This document shows positions 18,401 through 27,123 of a stretch of DNA of 64,000 bases, piece after piece. Both the position numbers and the translations under genes were made by a program. The DNA comes from an uncultured Faecalibacterium sp. (GTDB lineage Bacteria > Bacillota > Clostridia > Christensenellales > CAG-917): contig CAZBVO010000004.1 of assembly GCA_964495385.1 (NCBI GenBank), forward strand, positions 20,821 through 84,820. Reading direction: 5' to 3'. The notes under the pieces were generated by a model. That model ran no database searches. It saw nothing but the letters and a program-made list of their open reading frames with translations, and was not told the origin of the DNA. Position 1 is the stretch's first letter. The number at the start of each line of letters is the position of its first letter.

Positions 18401-18821
18401 CGACCGCGTGTGCGAAATCGAAAATGCGGTATACGGCCTCAAAGCAGGCAAAAAAGCCAAGGGGCGGTTTTTAAAAACAACCTTTTCGGCATCCGCGGTC
18501 AAACCTTCCGACGACGGAAGCGGCCGTGAAAGGGTTGTGCTTGAAAACGAAGAAACGGGCGTTATGGAAGTGTGCGAGATAAAAACGTCAAGCAGCGGCG
18601 CCGTAACTTCGGACACTTTAGACGGCATGGGACAGTACGTTTCAAAGCTTGTGGAGGGTGCTATTTCGGAAATTAGCGGCGGCTACGTTCAGGCACGGCC
18701 GCTGCAAAGGGCATGCGAGCATTGCGATTACAAGGAGATATGTCCCGATCGCACGTCGGGCGGACGAGTTCTGCCTAAAATCGAAGCGGACGGCTTTAAA
18801 AAGGCTTTGGAGGATTTGTAA
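15435..18821 (+). CDS. addB: helicase-exonuclease AddAB, subunit AddB
   Basis: 1128 aa, immediately upstream of addA. The N-terminus aligns with Bacillus AddB (VVLVPDKFSLTMEKEVL). The C-terminal RecB-type nuclease has a Cys cluster (FTCPLQ ... CEHCDYKEIC). Confidence 0.85.
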   Translation: MGCKLIFGDTFKQEFDGVMAELKRNYNSDRRAMHVVLVPDKFSLTMEKEVLESLGLSGSANVQVLSFLRFAGRVMKNKIKNCLTPQGVVMLLAKVIGDVRDKLSVYKNASYTAGFAGEMYASLTSLRNSGITVEALKDSIPRLKSAVLREKVADMAVILEAYLAELAKGYADSTTRLEKLAEYIPTAANLSRTYFYVTDIYKFTAPEYAVLEALAKTSPSVTVGLPLGGGENKRLFPYNVKAHLEAAFERAGVTVKTERVSGGLSPQAQTIVDNLYSYRGVLPKTADGKIEICFAADEFSECEEVASKIIEAVVVNDYRYKDMAVVVPDETYVGPLKAAFDRFDVPYFVDESRVFSSTMPIKYLLSMLDYSMTQKVDDALEAIKNPMFLECGDLTYDDVDLFENAVLPTGAERSNFKKPFDGADARAEEVRKKFVSVVPHFKKTDSAGNYVSRIEEFLAADNFFNKIECFCKSMAADAKTVKSLAQTESRLTAVFSEIKNAIGSAEMDFEEFCRIFKSTLESVKISLTPLYLDCVFVGSAADSRFEGVKTMFVIGATASAMPEGVGNPAIISADDEVLLKEAGLVVSPSKIDDVLSAMFYLTELVVRPTEKLVVSYPKTLAGVSVQPSTLIDQLCLLFSDLEVSEPRFGALYSKADMSDEDLAREYAFRFGSRKNAYYSVLSNLSELSVSKRERKPFDAAFSLLTDDEKYTVNRALGGKEEQKLPDGADLFFKDFKTNEYVTSVSQLEKYFTCPLQNYFAYGLRLQKRVTDVIENSLTGSFVHEVLEKYFTLFAEGKKDVTGISDSEIASLVEEIAVKASREKEFAAFTSSDKHKKSFLRLKTDCVKICVALTDLLKGSSYRPYKLEAAFWNGNVDRFGEEIKNVYKPLTFTVGGRNVALRGKIDRIDVFEDKFYIIDYKSYGKSIKFSDVFFGTAIQLVAYMTAIAKEEGFKPTGVFYLPVTVGYKSAATASTDENRFAANGFFDSAYDRVCEIENAVYGLKAGKKAKGRFLKTTFSASAVKPSDDGSGRERVVLENEETGVMEVCEIKTSSSGAVTSDTLDGMGQYVSKLVEGAISEISGGYVQARPLQRACEHCDYKEICPDRTSGGRVLPKIEADGFKKALEDL

Positions 18822-18823
18822 AA

Positions 18824-21800
18824 ATGAGCGACAAGCCAAGATACACCGTAAATCAGCAGAAGGCACTTACGGCGGCAGGGAACGCCGCGGTTTCGGCATC
18901 GGCGGGAAGCGGAAAAACCACCGTCATGATTGCCAAAATTTTGCGCGATCTCGAAACGACCGACATCGACAACATTCTTATTTTGACTTACAACAATTCC
19001 ATAGCGGCCGAAATGCGCTCCAAAATCATTTCGGCACTTTTCGAGGCGGTAAAATCGGCCGATTCCGACGCAAAAAGGTCACGCTACGCCGCCCAAATCG
19101 ACAAAATTCAATTTGCCGACATAAGCACTATTCACGGCTTTTGCAACAGGTTGGTTAAGGCCAATTTCGAGGCGTTGGGCATCGATCCGACCTACGACAT
19201 CCTCACCGACGACGAACTTTCGGCACGAGCGTTGAAGGAAGTTATGGACGAGTACTATGCCTCCGACGACGACGTGTTCACCCGTCTGACCGAGCTTTTG
19301 CTTTCCAAGCCTTCCGACGACTATTTGGACAAAACCGTGCTTCGCATTTATCGGCAACTCGAAATTCAACCTCGCCCGGAGGAAACCTTAAAAAAACTCA
19401 AACAAATTCACACGGAGGGCAGTGCAAAAGCGGCGGTCGAAACCGTTTTCGGTTATTACGCGGCGCTTTTTGCCGACTTCGAAAAAATGTTGTTGAAACT
19501 TTCGGACGACGTTGCGCTTTTTGACGACGGAAAATATCTTGCGGCAGTTCGTTCGGTCGTGGCGGATGCGCACGTTTTGGCATGCTCGAAAAACTTTGCC
19601 GAAATGGTTTCGTTTGCCGACGACATGGCCGAAAAGACAATCCGCTTGCCGTCGAAATCGGAGGCTCCTGCCGAGCTTAAAGAAAAGGTCAAAGCAATCA
19701 AAAGCTCGTTCGGCCTGTGCGTCAGGGAAATAACTTCGGCGACCTTGGCCGAAAAATACGACTTTTGTACCGCCGACGAATTTGTTCGGGACAACGGCAG
19801 CGAACTTAAACTCAAACTTTTGGAAATGGTGGAGCGATATGCCGAAAGATATTCGCTTTTGAAACGAAAAGAAGGCAAGCTCGACTACGGCGATTTGGAA
19901 CATTTTGCCATAAAACTTTTGGACGATGCCGACAGGTTGGCGGCCGTTACCGACAAATACAAACTGGTGTTTGTGGACGAATATCAGGACGTAAACGCTT
20001 CGCAGGAGTACATAATCGACAAGGTTGCGTCCGGCGCAAGGGTTTTCACCGTCGGCGACGTAAAGCAGAGCATCTACGGTTTCAGGTCGGCAAATCCCGA
20101 AATATTTTCGGAAAGACTGGGAAGATACGCCTGCGGAAACGGAGGCGAAGCGGTTTATTTCAACGACAACTTCCGTTGCAACTACGAAATATTGGACTAC
20201 GTAAATCGCATTTTCGACAGCGCAATGACGGTTTCGTCGGGCAGTGTCGATTACAAAAACACCGCTCGGTTCGTAACCGAAACCGCCGACGGCCAAAAAC
20301 TCAGAGAAGGCGGAACGGTTCGCACGGTGCTGTTCCACAAGGAAAGCGGCAAGCAGGACGAGTGGAAAGTTTCGGGGATTTTCAGCCTCGAAAACTACGT
20401 CGAAAACGACAATGCCGAGGTGTGCGCCGCAAAGGCCGAAGCGCAGGCAATTTGTCAAAAAATCAAGTCGCTTGTGGGCAAGAGAATAGAGGGCGATCCG
20501 AAAGGCAAAATCTGCGACTACGGCGACATTTCGGTGCTGGTCAGGTCGAGGTCTGCCGGCAAAGAAATTTTGGCAGCCTTAAAGGCAAACGGTTTTCCGG
20601 TCAGTGCGGCCAAATTTGAGGGCGAAGGCTACACCGCCGAACGAGACGAAATCATAAATCTTTTGCGAGTTTTGGACAACGTCCGTCAGGACATACCGCT
20701 TGCCGGGTATTTGCTGGGTTATTTTGGAGGGTTCACCCGTGCAGAATTGGCCGACGTCAGGTTGTACGGCAAGTCGAAGTGCTTTTTCGACAACCTTAAT
20801 TTGACGTCGCAAAGCGACACCGAACTCGGGAAAAAGGTCAGAAGGGCATTTGAAATTATCGACGAAAATCGCAAAAGGGCCGCTTCAAGCGACTTGTTTG
20901 AGTTCTTAAACTCTTATATTGCCACTTCGGGTTTCGAGGCTTACGTTCTCGGCAAGAGCGACGGAGCAGACAGGTTGGCCGCACTAAGGAAGTTTGTCTA
21001 TTCCCTTAAGGGGCAAAACAAAGCAAAAAGTGCGCACGCTTTCGTCAAATATTGGGACAACCGCACCGAAACCGGAGCAAACGACGCGTCTGCGGTCGAG
21101 GACGGCAAAAGCATTGTCATGCAAAGTATGCACGGAAGCAAAGGTTTGGAATATCCTATAGTGTTTGTGGCTAATCTCGGCGTCGGCTACGTCTTTGACA
21201 AAGGAAACGTGGGCATCGACGAAAAACTCGGCCTCGGCATAAACGTTTTTGACGACGAATCCCGAACGGTGAAGCCTTCGATACTGTCGCATGCAATTTC
21301 TATTGCTCAAAAAAGCAGGCAACGCAGTGAGGAAATGCGCCTTTTGTACGTCGCTTTGACTCGTGCCAAGTATCAACTTTACGTTTCCGGAAGCGGCAAC
21401 GTGACGTCGGACAGGAGGTTTAAGTCGATTTTCCGCGCTTCAAGCATGCTTGACGTCATAAACTATGCTTCCGTTTTCGACGAAGGGCTTGCCTCGACGT
21501 TGGAGGTTCGCTCGGCCGAACCGCAATTATCGGTGCCTCAAACACAACCTGTTGTGGTGTTCGGAAAGTCGGATACTATATATAATAAAATAATAAGTGA
21601 AATTATTAACCATAAATATAAGTACGCCGCACAGACGAAAGCGGAGCAAAAATACAGCGTAACCGCACTAAACAAAACGGAAGAGCAGACCGATGCGCCC
21701 GTTTTTTTCGGCGAGGACGATCGCAGGGGAGTGGGTATCGCATATCATACCGTCATGGAAAACGTCGACTTTTCGGTAAAAGACGAGGCCGCACTTGCCG

Positions 21801-22234
21801 AACAGATAGATAACATGGTCAAAGAGGGCATTTTGGATGCCGAAACCGCCGCTATGATAGACTTGTCCGAAATTATGGCCTGCGTTCAGAATGCGGAACT
21901 CAGAAAAATTTTGGGGCTGGACGGCACTCAAAACAAGTCGCCGCAAATTTTCACCGAGCTGCCTTTCACGCTTTTGGTGGATGCCGACAAGGTTCTCGAC
22001 AAGCCCGGCTACTCGGACAAAATTCTCGTTCAGGGCGTTATTGACCTTTTGGTGATGGGCGACGAAAACGTTATCGTCGATTACAAAAACAGCCTAAAAT
22101 CACCCGAAAAACTGGCCGAAACGTACAAAAAGCAACTTTATCTGTACAAAATGGCGGTTGAAACGTCGTTTGGTGAAAAAGTCGACAAAATTGCGCTTTA
22201 TTCTTTCCCGAAAAAGACGCTATATTACTTGTAA
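18824..22234 (+). CDS. addA: helicase-exonuclease AddAB, subunit AddA (UvrD-like helicase plus nuclease)
   Basis: 1136 aa with Walker A ASAGSGKTT, FVDEYQDVN, SMHGSKGLEYPIVF and LLYVALTRAK motifs. The C-terminal nuclease motif is GVIDLLV..VIVDYK. Confidence 0.9.
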   Translation: MSDKPRYTVNQQKALTAAGNAAVSASAGSGKTTVMIAKILRDLETTDIDNILILTYNNSIAAEMRSKIISALFEAVKSADSDAKRSRYAAQIDKIQFADISTIHGFCNRLVKANFEALGIDPTYDILTDDELSARALKEVMDEYYASDDDVFTRLTELLLSKPSDDYLDKTVLRIYRQLEIQPRPEETLKKLKQIHTEGSAKAAVETVFGYYAALFADFEKMLLKLSDDVALFDDGKYLAAVRSVVADAHVLACSKNFAEMVSFADDMAEKTIRLPSKSEAPAELKEKVKAIKSSFGLCVREITSATLAEKYDFCTADEFVRDNGSELKLKLLEMVERYAERYSLLKRKEGKLDYGDLEHFAIKLLDDADRLAAVTDKYKLVFVDEYQDVNASQEYIIDKVASGARVFTVGDVKQSIYGFRSANPEIFSERLGRYACGNGGEAVYFNDNFRCNYEILDYVNRIFDSAMTVSSGSVDYKNTARFVTETADGQKLREGGTVRTVLFHKESGKQDEWKVSGIFSLENYVENDNAEVCAAKAEAQAICQKIKSLVGKRIEGDPKGKICDYGDISVLVRSRSAGKEILAALKANGFPVSAAKFEGEGYTAERDEIINLLRVLDNVRQDIPLAGYLLGYFGGFTRAELADVRLYGKSKCFFDNLNLTSQSDTELGKKVRRAFEIIDENRKRAASSDLFEFLNSYIATSGFEAYVLGKSDGADRLAALRKFVYSLKGQNKAKSAHAFVKYWDNRTETGANDASAVEDGKSIVMQSMHGSKGLEYPIVFVANLGVGYVFDKGNVGIDEKLGLGINVFDDESRTVKPSILSHAISIAQKSRQRSEEMRLLYVALTRAKYQLYVSGSGNVTSDRRFKSIFRASSMLDVINYASVFDEGLASTLEVRSAEPQLSVPQTQPVVVFGKSDTIYNKIISEIINHKYKYAAQTKAEQKYSVTALNKTEEQTDAPVFFGEDDRRGVGIAYHTVMENVDFSVKDEAALAEQIDNMVKEGILDAETAAMIDLSEIMACVQNAELRKILGLDGTQNKSPQIFTELPFTLLVDADKVLDKPGYSDKILVQGVIDLLVMGDENVIVDYKNSLKSPEKLAETYKKQLYLYKMAVETSFGEKVDKIALYSFPKKTLYYL

Positions 22235-22293
22235 TTCGGCAAATTTTTTGGCGCAAGTAGCTATAATTTAGCAGTTTTTTTATAAAAAAACGC

Positions 22294-22322
22294 TTGATAT
22301 TTTTCAACTTGCTTGCTATAAT
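22294..22322 (+). promoter_or_regulatory. promoter candidate TTGATA-17-TATAAT for the acidic-repeat membrane protein gene
   Basis: TTGATA at 22294-22299, TATAAT at 22317-22322. Confidence 0.6.
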
Positions 22323-22354
22323 ATGAGTGTACTATGTTTTAAGGAGACATCTTT

Positions 22355-23551
22355 ATGGGTTATTTAGGTTATCTCATCCAACTTATCGGTGACAAATTGG
22401 GCGTTAGCTTCCTTTCCGAATTTTCGTTGCCTGAAGGCATCGATCTTTACGTTTGCCTCGGCGCACTCGGCCTTACTTTGGTGCTTTTCATTTTGCACCT
22501 CGTCGGCAACGGCGTAAACAAAAAGGACAGCAATGCCGCTTATGCTGCTTCCGTCAGCAAATATCTTGCCGACAACGGCGAAATCAACGACGGCAACGTC
22601 GCTCCGTTTACCGACACTTGCTTCGGTGACAAAGCTCCTGCCGCTTACAAAGACGGCTGGACCGCTTTCTTGGACACCCGTTTCGGCTATCCGAGTGAAA
22701 GCTTTGAAAAATCGCAATGCGTCAAAACCGTGAGAACCAAAAAATCCGTAAAAGCAAACGGCTTCCTGTTTGCGGGCATCACTTTGTTCGTAATCGCTTT
22801 TGGCCTTATTGGCGGAGCATATACCGACATTGACGACTTGGTGCTTATGTACACGGCACTTTATGCCATTCCTGTTTTGACCGCTTTCGGTTACTGGATG
22901 ATCAACGTCAGAGCTCGCAAAATCGAAAACAAACTCGCCGGCAAGGAAGAGGCTGCTTTCGACGCTTTGATGGAAGACCTCGATGCAAACGTTGCTTTGC
23001 AACAATACTTTGATTATCAACGCGACACTTCCGATTTGTCCGAACTGGCAGACGCCATCAACGAAATCGCCGATTTCGAAAACAACAAACCGGCCGTTCA
23101 CGCTGCTCCGGTAGAAGAACCTGTTGAGGAAGAAGTTGTCGAAGAACCTGTAGAGGAAGTTGAGGAAGAAGAAGTCGTCGAAGAGCCTGTAGAGGAAGTC
23201 GTCGACGAAGTAGTAGAAGAAGTAGTTGAAGAACCGGTTGAAGAACCTGCAGAGGTTGAAGAAGAAACCGTCGAGGAAGAAGTTGCTGCCGAAGAAGAAG
23301 TTGCAGAAGAACCTGTTGAAGAACCGGCTCCGCAACCGACTGCCGAAGAAATCAAAAACGCTCAAATTTTCGGGCCGTTTATGACCGTTCTCAACAAAAC
23401 CCTTCGCAAAGGCTACAACCGTGCCACCCTCAAAAAGGTTGCCAAGATCGCTATCCTTGCTTATAAGAAATTCGACAAGCCTGAACAACGTGAAGAAATC
23501 AAGGATTTCATCCGCAAATTCATCGTTACATACAGCAAAGCTAAGGACTAA
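22355..23551 (+). CDS. hypothetical membrane protein with acidic P-V-E-E low-complexity region
   Basis: 398-aa ORF with AAGGAG SD. It has at least 3 hydrophobic helices in the N-terminal half, about 80 aa of PVEEPVEEEVVEE... repeats and a basic C-terminal tail. A promoter and a terminator flank it. Confidence 0.65.
   Translation: MGYLGYLIQLIGDKLGVSFLSEFSLPEGIDLYVCLGALGLTLVLFILHLVGNGVNKKDSNAAYAASVSKYLADNGEINDGNVAPFTDTCFGDKAPAAYKDGWTAFLDTRFGYPSESFEKSQCVKTVRTKKSVKANGFLFAGITLFVIAFGLIGGAYTDIDDLVLMYTALYAIPVLTAFGYWMINVRARKIENKLAGKEEAAFDALMEDLDANVALQQYFDYQRDTSDLSELADAINEIADFENNKPAVHAAPVEEPVEEEVVEEPVEEVEEEEVVEEPVEEVVDEVVEEVVEEPVEEPAEVEEETVEEEVAAEEEVAEEPVEEPAPQPTAEEIKNAQIFGPFMTVLNKTLRKGYNRATLKKVAKIAILAYKKFDKPEQREEIKDFIRKFIVTYSKAKD
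23107..23350 (+). repeat. in-frame GAA/GTN-rich low-complexity coding repeat (P-V-E-E units)
   Basis: The translation reads PVEEPVEEEVVEEPVEEVEEEEVVEEPVEEVVDEVVEEVVEEPVEEPAEVEEE.... The units are imperfect at the DNA level. Confidence 0.8.
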
Positions 23552-23563
23552 GTTTGAATTTTT

Positions 23564-23590
23564 ATCCGCCCCGAAACGGGGCGGATTTTT
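23564..23590 (+). terminator. intrinsic terminator after the acidic-repeat membrane protein gene
   Basis: ATCCGCCCC-GAAAC-GGGGCGGAT followed by TTTT. Confidence 0.8.
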
Positions 23591-23609
23591 CGTTTACGGC
23601 AAAGTGCGG

Positions 23610-23638
23610 TTGACAAGCGTGCGACCGTGTGTTAAACT
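23610..23638 (+). promoter_or_regulatory. promoter candidate TTGACA-17-TAAACT for the WG-like lipoprotein gene
   Basis: TTGACA at 23610-23615, TAAACT at 23633-23638, located after the upstream terminator. Confidence 0.5.
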
Positions 23639-23650
23639 GTTTAGGAAAAT

Positions 23651-25432
23651 ATGAGGTGCAACGTGAAAAGAAAAATTGCTTTGCTTATGTCTATCGTGAC
23701 CGTAACGACCGTTTTGGCGGGCGCGCTTTGCGGTTGCGACAAGACGGTAAAATATAAGACGGGCGACGTTTATGTAAATCGCACGGGCTCATACGGGTTT
23801 ACGTCGGCGCAAAAAATTGCCGAATTCGGAGAAGGTGTCAAGCCTTACGGCGGGAAGAGCTCGAAGGCAAACTATGCCAATGCCTATCTTTCCGACGTCA
23901 AATTGCTTATGGTTCAAAAAACCGAGGGCGACACAAACCTTTACGGACTTTATTCGTTGACGGGCGAAGTGGTTTTGCCTGTCGAGTACACCGAAATTTC
24001 AACCTCGTACGGGTTTGTTTCGGCACGTCATTCGGACGGGACGATCGTTTGTTTGCGACCAAGCGGCGAAACGGTGCTTAAAGCCGTTCCGGAAAGCTCG
24101 GGCTACAAAATTTCGGACAAAAACGGAAACCAAGTGGTTTTGTCGTTAAACTTTGACAAGACAAACGCAATCAACCTCTTAATAAGGCCTGTTTCCGACA
24201 AATACATTGCCGTCAGAAGCAACATCGGCAAGCTGCTGCTTTTCGACGCAGAGGCCTCGGAGGCCGTCAAAACGGAGTATTCGGGCAACATGTCCGAATT
24301 TAAAACCGTCGACGACTACCTTGTACAGAACTTTACGGAAAATTCGTTGCCGGCCGTTTGCATTTACCGTATCGGCGACAAGTCGCCTGTGAGCGGCGGC
24401 AGGATAGTGGGCTCAGACGAGGACGAAGTGGTAAACGTAACGTATCTCGGCAACGGCAATTTTTACTGTGCAAAAATGCTTAAACTGTCCTCCACCACGG
24501 TTTCGACCGAAGGTTCCGCCGACACCGAAGGGGAGACTGCCGAGGAAGATTACGACTACGTCGACCTGTCCGGCAACAAGTGTAAAATAGACATTTTCAT
24601 GTTCGATGCAAAAACCGGTAAATCGAAAACTTTGTCCGACGAAGTGATTTACAGCAGCATCGTAAACCGCTACTACGAAGTAGAATCCAGTCTCGAGGTG
24701 TCGAAATATCTTAAGGACGGTTTCAGCTACGTTTCGGTCGGCCTTATAAAAACGGACGAAAAAAACACCCAGTTCGAAGCGTTTATTATTGACAGCGAAG
24801 GCAATGCGGTGGCCTCGATGACCAGCGAATACGGCTACATCAATCCGAGTTCGGACGGCGCGGCTTACAGAGATATGTTGATAGAGTACGTCGACGGTAT
24901 CGGTTTGGGCGTGACCAACGAAAAAGGACCTTTGGCCGTTTATGACAGAAACGGCAAACTCATTTTGTTCAAAAGCGACGCCGATTATTCCAAGGCGCAA
25001 CTTAACGGAAACGTCGTTACCGCTTTGCGCACGGATTCCAACGGAAATTCTTACTACGTCGCATACGGCCTCGACGGCAGCGAAATAGTGTCGGCCGAAC
25101 AGTGTTTTACCGCACTGACCAAGTTTACGGGCGGATACGCGATAGGTGTTTCAAAAGGTATGTCGTCGTCGACGCAGTGTTCGATCATCGGCTCCGACGG
25201 CAGAGTTTACCCGAGCAACACCTATGCTTCCAAGAGCACTTACTACTATTGTGCAGGCGCGCAGGTGGTCAAAAATTCCGACGGCAAATACGGGCTGTTG
25301 TCCGTAAGTTCCGAGCCTGTTGAGCTGGTTGGTTTTGTGGCCGACAACATCGTGCTTGCAAACTACGAACCTAACACCGTCATCTACTACACCGTGATTG
25401 ACGGAATATACACGGCATATTTTTTGAAATAA
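23651..25432 (+). CDS. putative lipoprotein with WG/KWG-like beta-propeller repeats
   Basis: The signal peptide has a lipobox (LAGALCGC). The start may instead be the GTG at 23663 (GAGGTG SD). Recurring motifs such as LYGLYSLTGEVVLPVEY and GKYGLLSVSSEPV resemble WG-containing repeats. This assignment is by eye only. Confidence 0.55.
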   Translation: MRCNVKRKIALLMSIVTVTTVLAGALCGCDKTVKYKTGDVYVNRTGSYGFTSAQKIAEFGEGVKPYGGKSSKANYANAYLSDVKLLMVQKTEGDTNLYGLYSLTGEVVLPVEYTEISTSYGFVSARHSDGTIVCLRPSGETVLKAVPESSGYKISDKNGNQVVLSLNFDKTNAINLLIRPVSDKYIAVRSNIGKLLLFDAEASEAVKTEYSGNMSEFKTVDDYLVQNFTENSLPAVCIYRIGDKSPVSGGRIVGSDEDEVVNVTYLGNGNFYCAKMLKLSSTTVSTEGSADTEGETAEEDYDYVDLSGNKCKIDIFMFDAKTGKSKTLSDEVIYSSIVNRYYEVESSLEVSKYLKDGFSYVSVGLIKTDEKNTQFEAFIIDSEGNAVASMTSEYGYINPSSDGAAYRDMLIEYVDGIGLGVTNEKGPLAVYDRNGKLILFKSDADYSKAQLNGNVVTALRTDSNGNSYYVAYGLDGSEIVSAEQCFTALTKFTGGYAIGVSKGMSSSTQCSIIGSDGRVYPSNTYASKSTYYYCAGAQVVKNSDGKYGLLSVSSEPVELVGFVADNIVLANYEPNTVIYYTVIDGIYTAYFLK

Positions 25433-25484
25433 CCAAAAAGTGCCTTTAAGTGTAAAAAATTCACACTAAAATCGGTTTTATTGT

Positions 25485-26465
25485 ATGAAGACAGAAATTT
25501 TGGGTGTCGACGGCATCGAAAAAGCTGCCCGAATTTTAAAGGAAGGAGGGCTTGTGGCCATCCCTACCGAAACGGTTTACGGGCTTGCCGGAGATGCTTT
25601 GAGAAGCGACACCGTCAAAAAAATTTACGAGGCAAAAGGCCGTCCGTCGGACAATCCGCTTATTGTTCACATCGCCAAAACGGAGGACGTTTTCAGGGTG
25701 TCGGACGAGGTGCCGGAAGCGTTTTTTGCGCTGGCCGAGCGTTTTATGCCGGGGCCGCTTACCGTTGTCGTGCCTAAGGGCAAAAACGTACCGTATGAGG
25801 TTACGGGCGGTGGCGAGACCGTTGCGGTCAGAATGCCGTCTCATCCGTTGGCAAGGCGCATTATCGAAGAGAGCGGCTGTTTGCTTGCCGCACCTTCGGC
25901 AAACGTAAGCAAGCACGTTTCGCCAACTTCAGCCAAGCACGTTTTTGACGATTTGCAGGGCAGAATACCGCTTATTATAGACGGCGGCGAATGTTCGGTG
26001 GGCATCGAATCGACGGTTGTCAGCGTGGTTACGGACGTTCCGACCGTGTTGCGCCCGGGGTATATAACCGCCGACATGCTGAGCGAAGTTTTGGGCGAAG
26101 TCAAAAACTTTCAGGGAAAAGTCATAAAAACCGCTCCCGCGCCGGGGATGAAGTACAAACACTATGCTCCGAAAAAGCATTGCGAACTTGCCGATAACGC
26201 ACAGGCCGCTTGCGACGTTTACCTTAGGGCAGAATGTGAGGGGCTTAATCCCGTTATTTTGGCGTACGGCAACAATAAGGCCGAGTACGTCGGCAAAAAC
26301 GTTATCGATTTGGGCGACAACGCCGTTGAAGCTGCGCACCGAATTTACGCCGCACTCAGGCAGGCGGAAGATTCGTTTGATTTTATCATTGTCGACAGAC
26401 TTCCGTGCGAAGGTCTTGCCGAATCGGTTATGAACAGAATTTCCAAGGCTACCGCCAACGAATAA
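25485..26465 (+). CDS. tsaC: L-threonylcarbamoyladenylate synthase (Sua5/YwlC type, long form)
   Basis: 326 aa with GGLVAIPTETVYGLAGDA, KGRPSDNPLIVH and SANVS..SPT motifs, plus a C-terminal Sua5 domain. Confidence 0.9.
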   Translation: MKTEILGVDGIEKAARILKEGGLVAIPTETVYGLAGDALRSDTVKKIYEAKGRPSDNPLIVHIAKTEDVFRVSDEVPEAFFALAERFMPGPLTVVVPKGKNVPYEVTGGGETVAVRMPSHPLARRIIEESGCLLAAPSANVSKHVSPTSAKHVFDDLQGRIPLIIDGGECSVGIESTVVSVVTDVPTVLRPGYITADMLSEVLGEVKNFQGKVIKTAPAPGMKYKHYAPKKHCELADNAQAACDVYLRAECEGLNPVILAYGNNKAEYVGKNVIDLGDNAVEAAHRIYAALRQAEDSFDFIIVDRLPCEGLAESVMNRISKATANE

Positions 26466-26474
26466 AGGTGAAGG

Positions 26475-26906
26475 ATGAAAATTATTTTCGTATGCACGGG
26501 CAACACTTGTCGAAGCCCGATGGCCGAAAAATTGCTTAAATACAAATTGAAAGCAATCGGAAAAAAGGGGATATCCGTCCACAGCTGCGGTCTTATGCCC
26601 GTCGAGGGCAGTTTTACCGAGGACAAAGCCGTTGAAGCGTTGAAGACGGTGGGTGTGTCCGCAAGGAAAAAACGTGCCGAAAATCTCGATTTTAAAAAAG
26701 CTTCGGAGGCGGATTTTTTGATAGGGATGACCGTGGGACACAAATCGAGTATGCAGCGGGCAGGCCTGTCGCATGCTTGCACGTTGGGCGAACTTACCGG
26801 TTTCGGCGACGTTTCCGATCCTTACGGATGCGGACAGGAAATTTACAATTTGACCGCATTGCAGCTGTCGACGCTGCTGGACGTGTTTGTTGAAAAATAT
26901 CTTTAA
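26475..26906 (+). CDS. ywlE: low-molecular-weight protein arginine/tyrosine phosphatase (YwlE family)
   Basis: 143 aa. MKIIFVCTGNTCRSPMAE is the CX5R(S) P-loop, and a DP motif lies near the C-terminus. It follows tsaC as ywlE follows ywlC in Bacillus. Confidence 0.85.
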   Translation: MKIIFVCTGNTCRSPMAEKLLKYKLKAIGKKGISVHSCGLMPVEGSFTEDKAVEALKTVGVSARKKRAENLDFKKASEADFLIGMTVGHKSSMQRAGLSHACTLGELTGFGDVSDPYGCGQEIYNLTALQLSTLLDVFVEKYL

Positions 26907-26909
26907 AGG

Positions 26910-26932
26910 CGAGCCTTCGGGCTCGTTTTTTT
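26910..26932 (+). terminator. intrinsic terminator after ywlE
   Basis: CGAGCC-TTCG-GGCTCG followed by T7. Confidence 0.8.
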
Positions 26933-27026
26933 GTTTAAAAACTAAACTTTTGTGTAAAAAACAGGCTTTTTTTGTAAAAAACGGTACATTTTGCAATCAA
27001 AACCGAACGAATTTCGGTCAAAAATG

Positions 27027-27055
27027 TTGAAAACGCAAAGGAATTGAGTTATAAT
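27027..27055 (+). promoter_or_regulatory. promoter candidate TTGAAA-17-TATAAT for the giant surface protein gene
   Basis: TTGAAA at 27027-27032, TATAAT at 27050-27055, about 68 nt before the TTG start. Confidence 0.6.
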
Positions 27056-27123
27056 TTTGATATAGTGTATAAGTCTACGCTGACGCGCAGGCGCATAATT
27101 AACTGTTTTTTGAGGGGGCAATT

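Noticed and set aside
23107-23350. The GAA-rich repeat considered as a possible non-coding tandem repeat or CRISPR-like array.
   Set aside because: It is in frame within a long ORF. The units are irregular in both length and sequence, and there are no unique spacers. It is coding low-complexity sequence.
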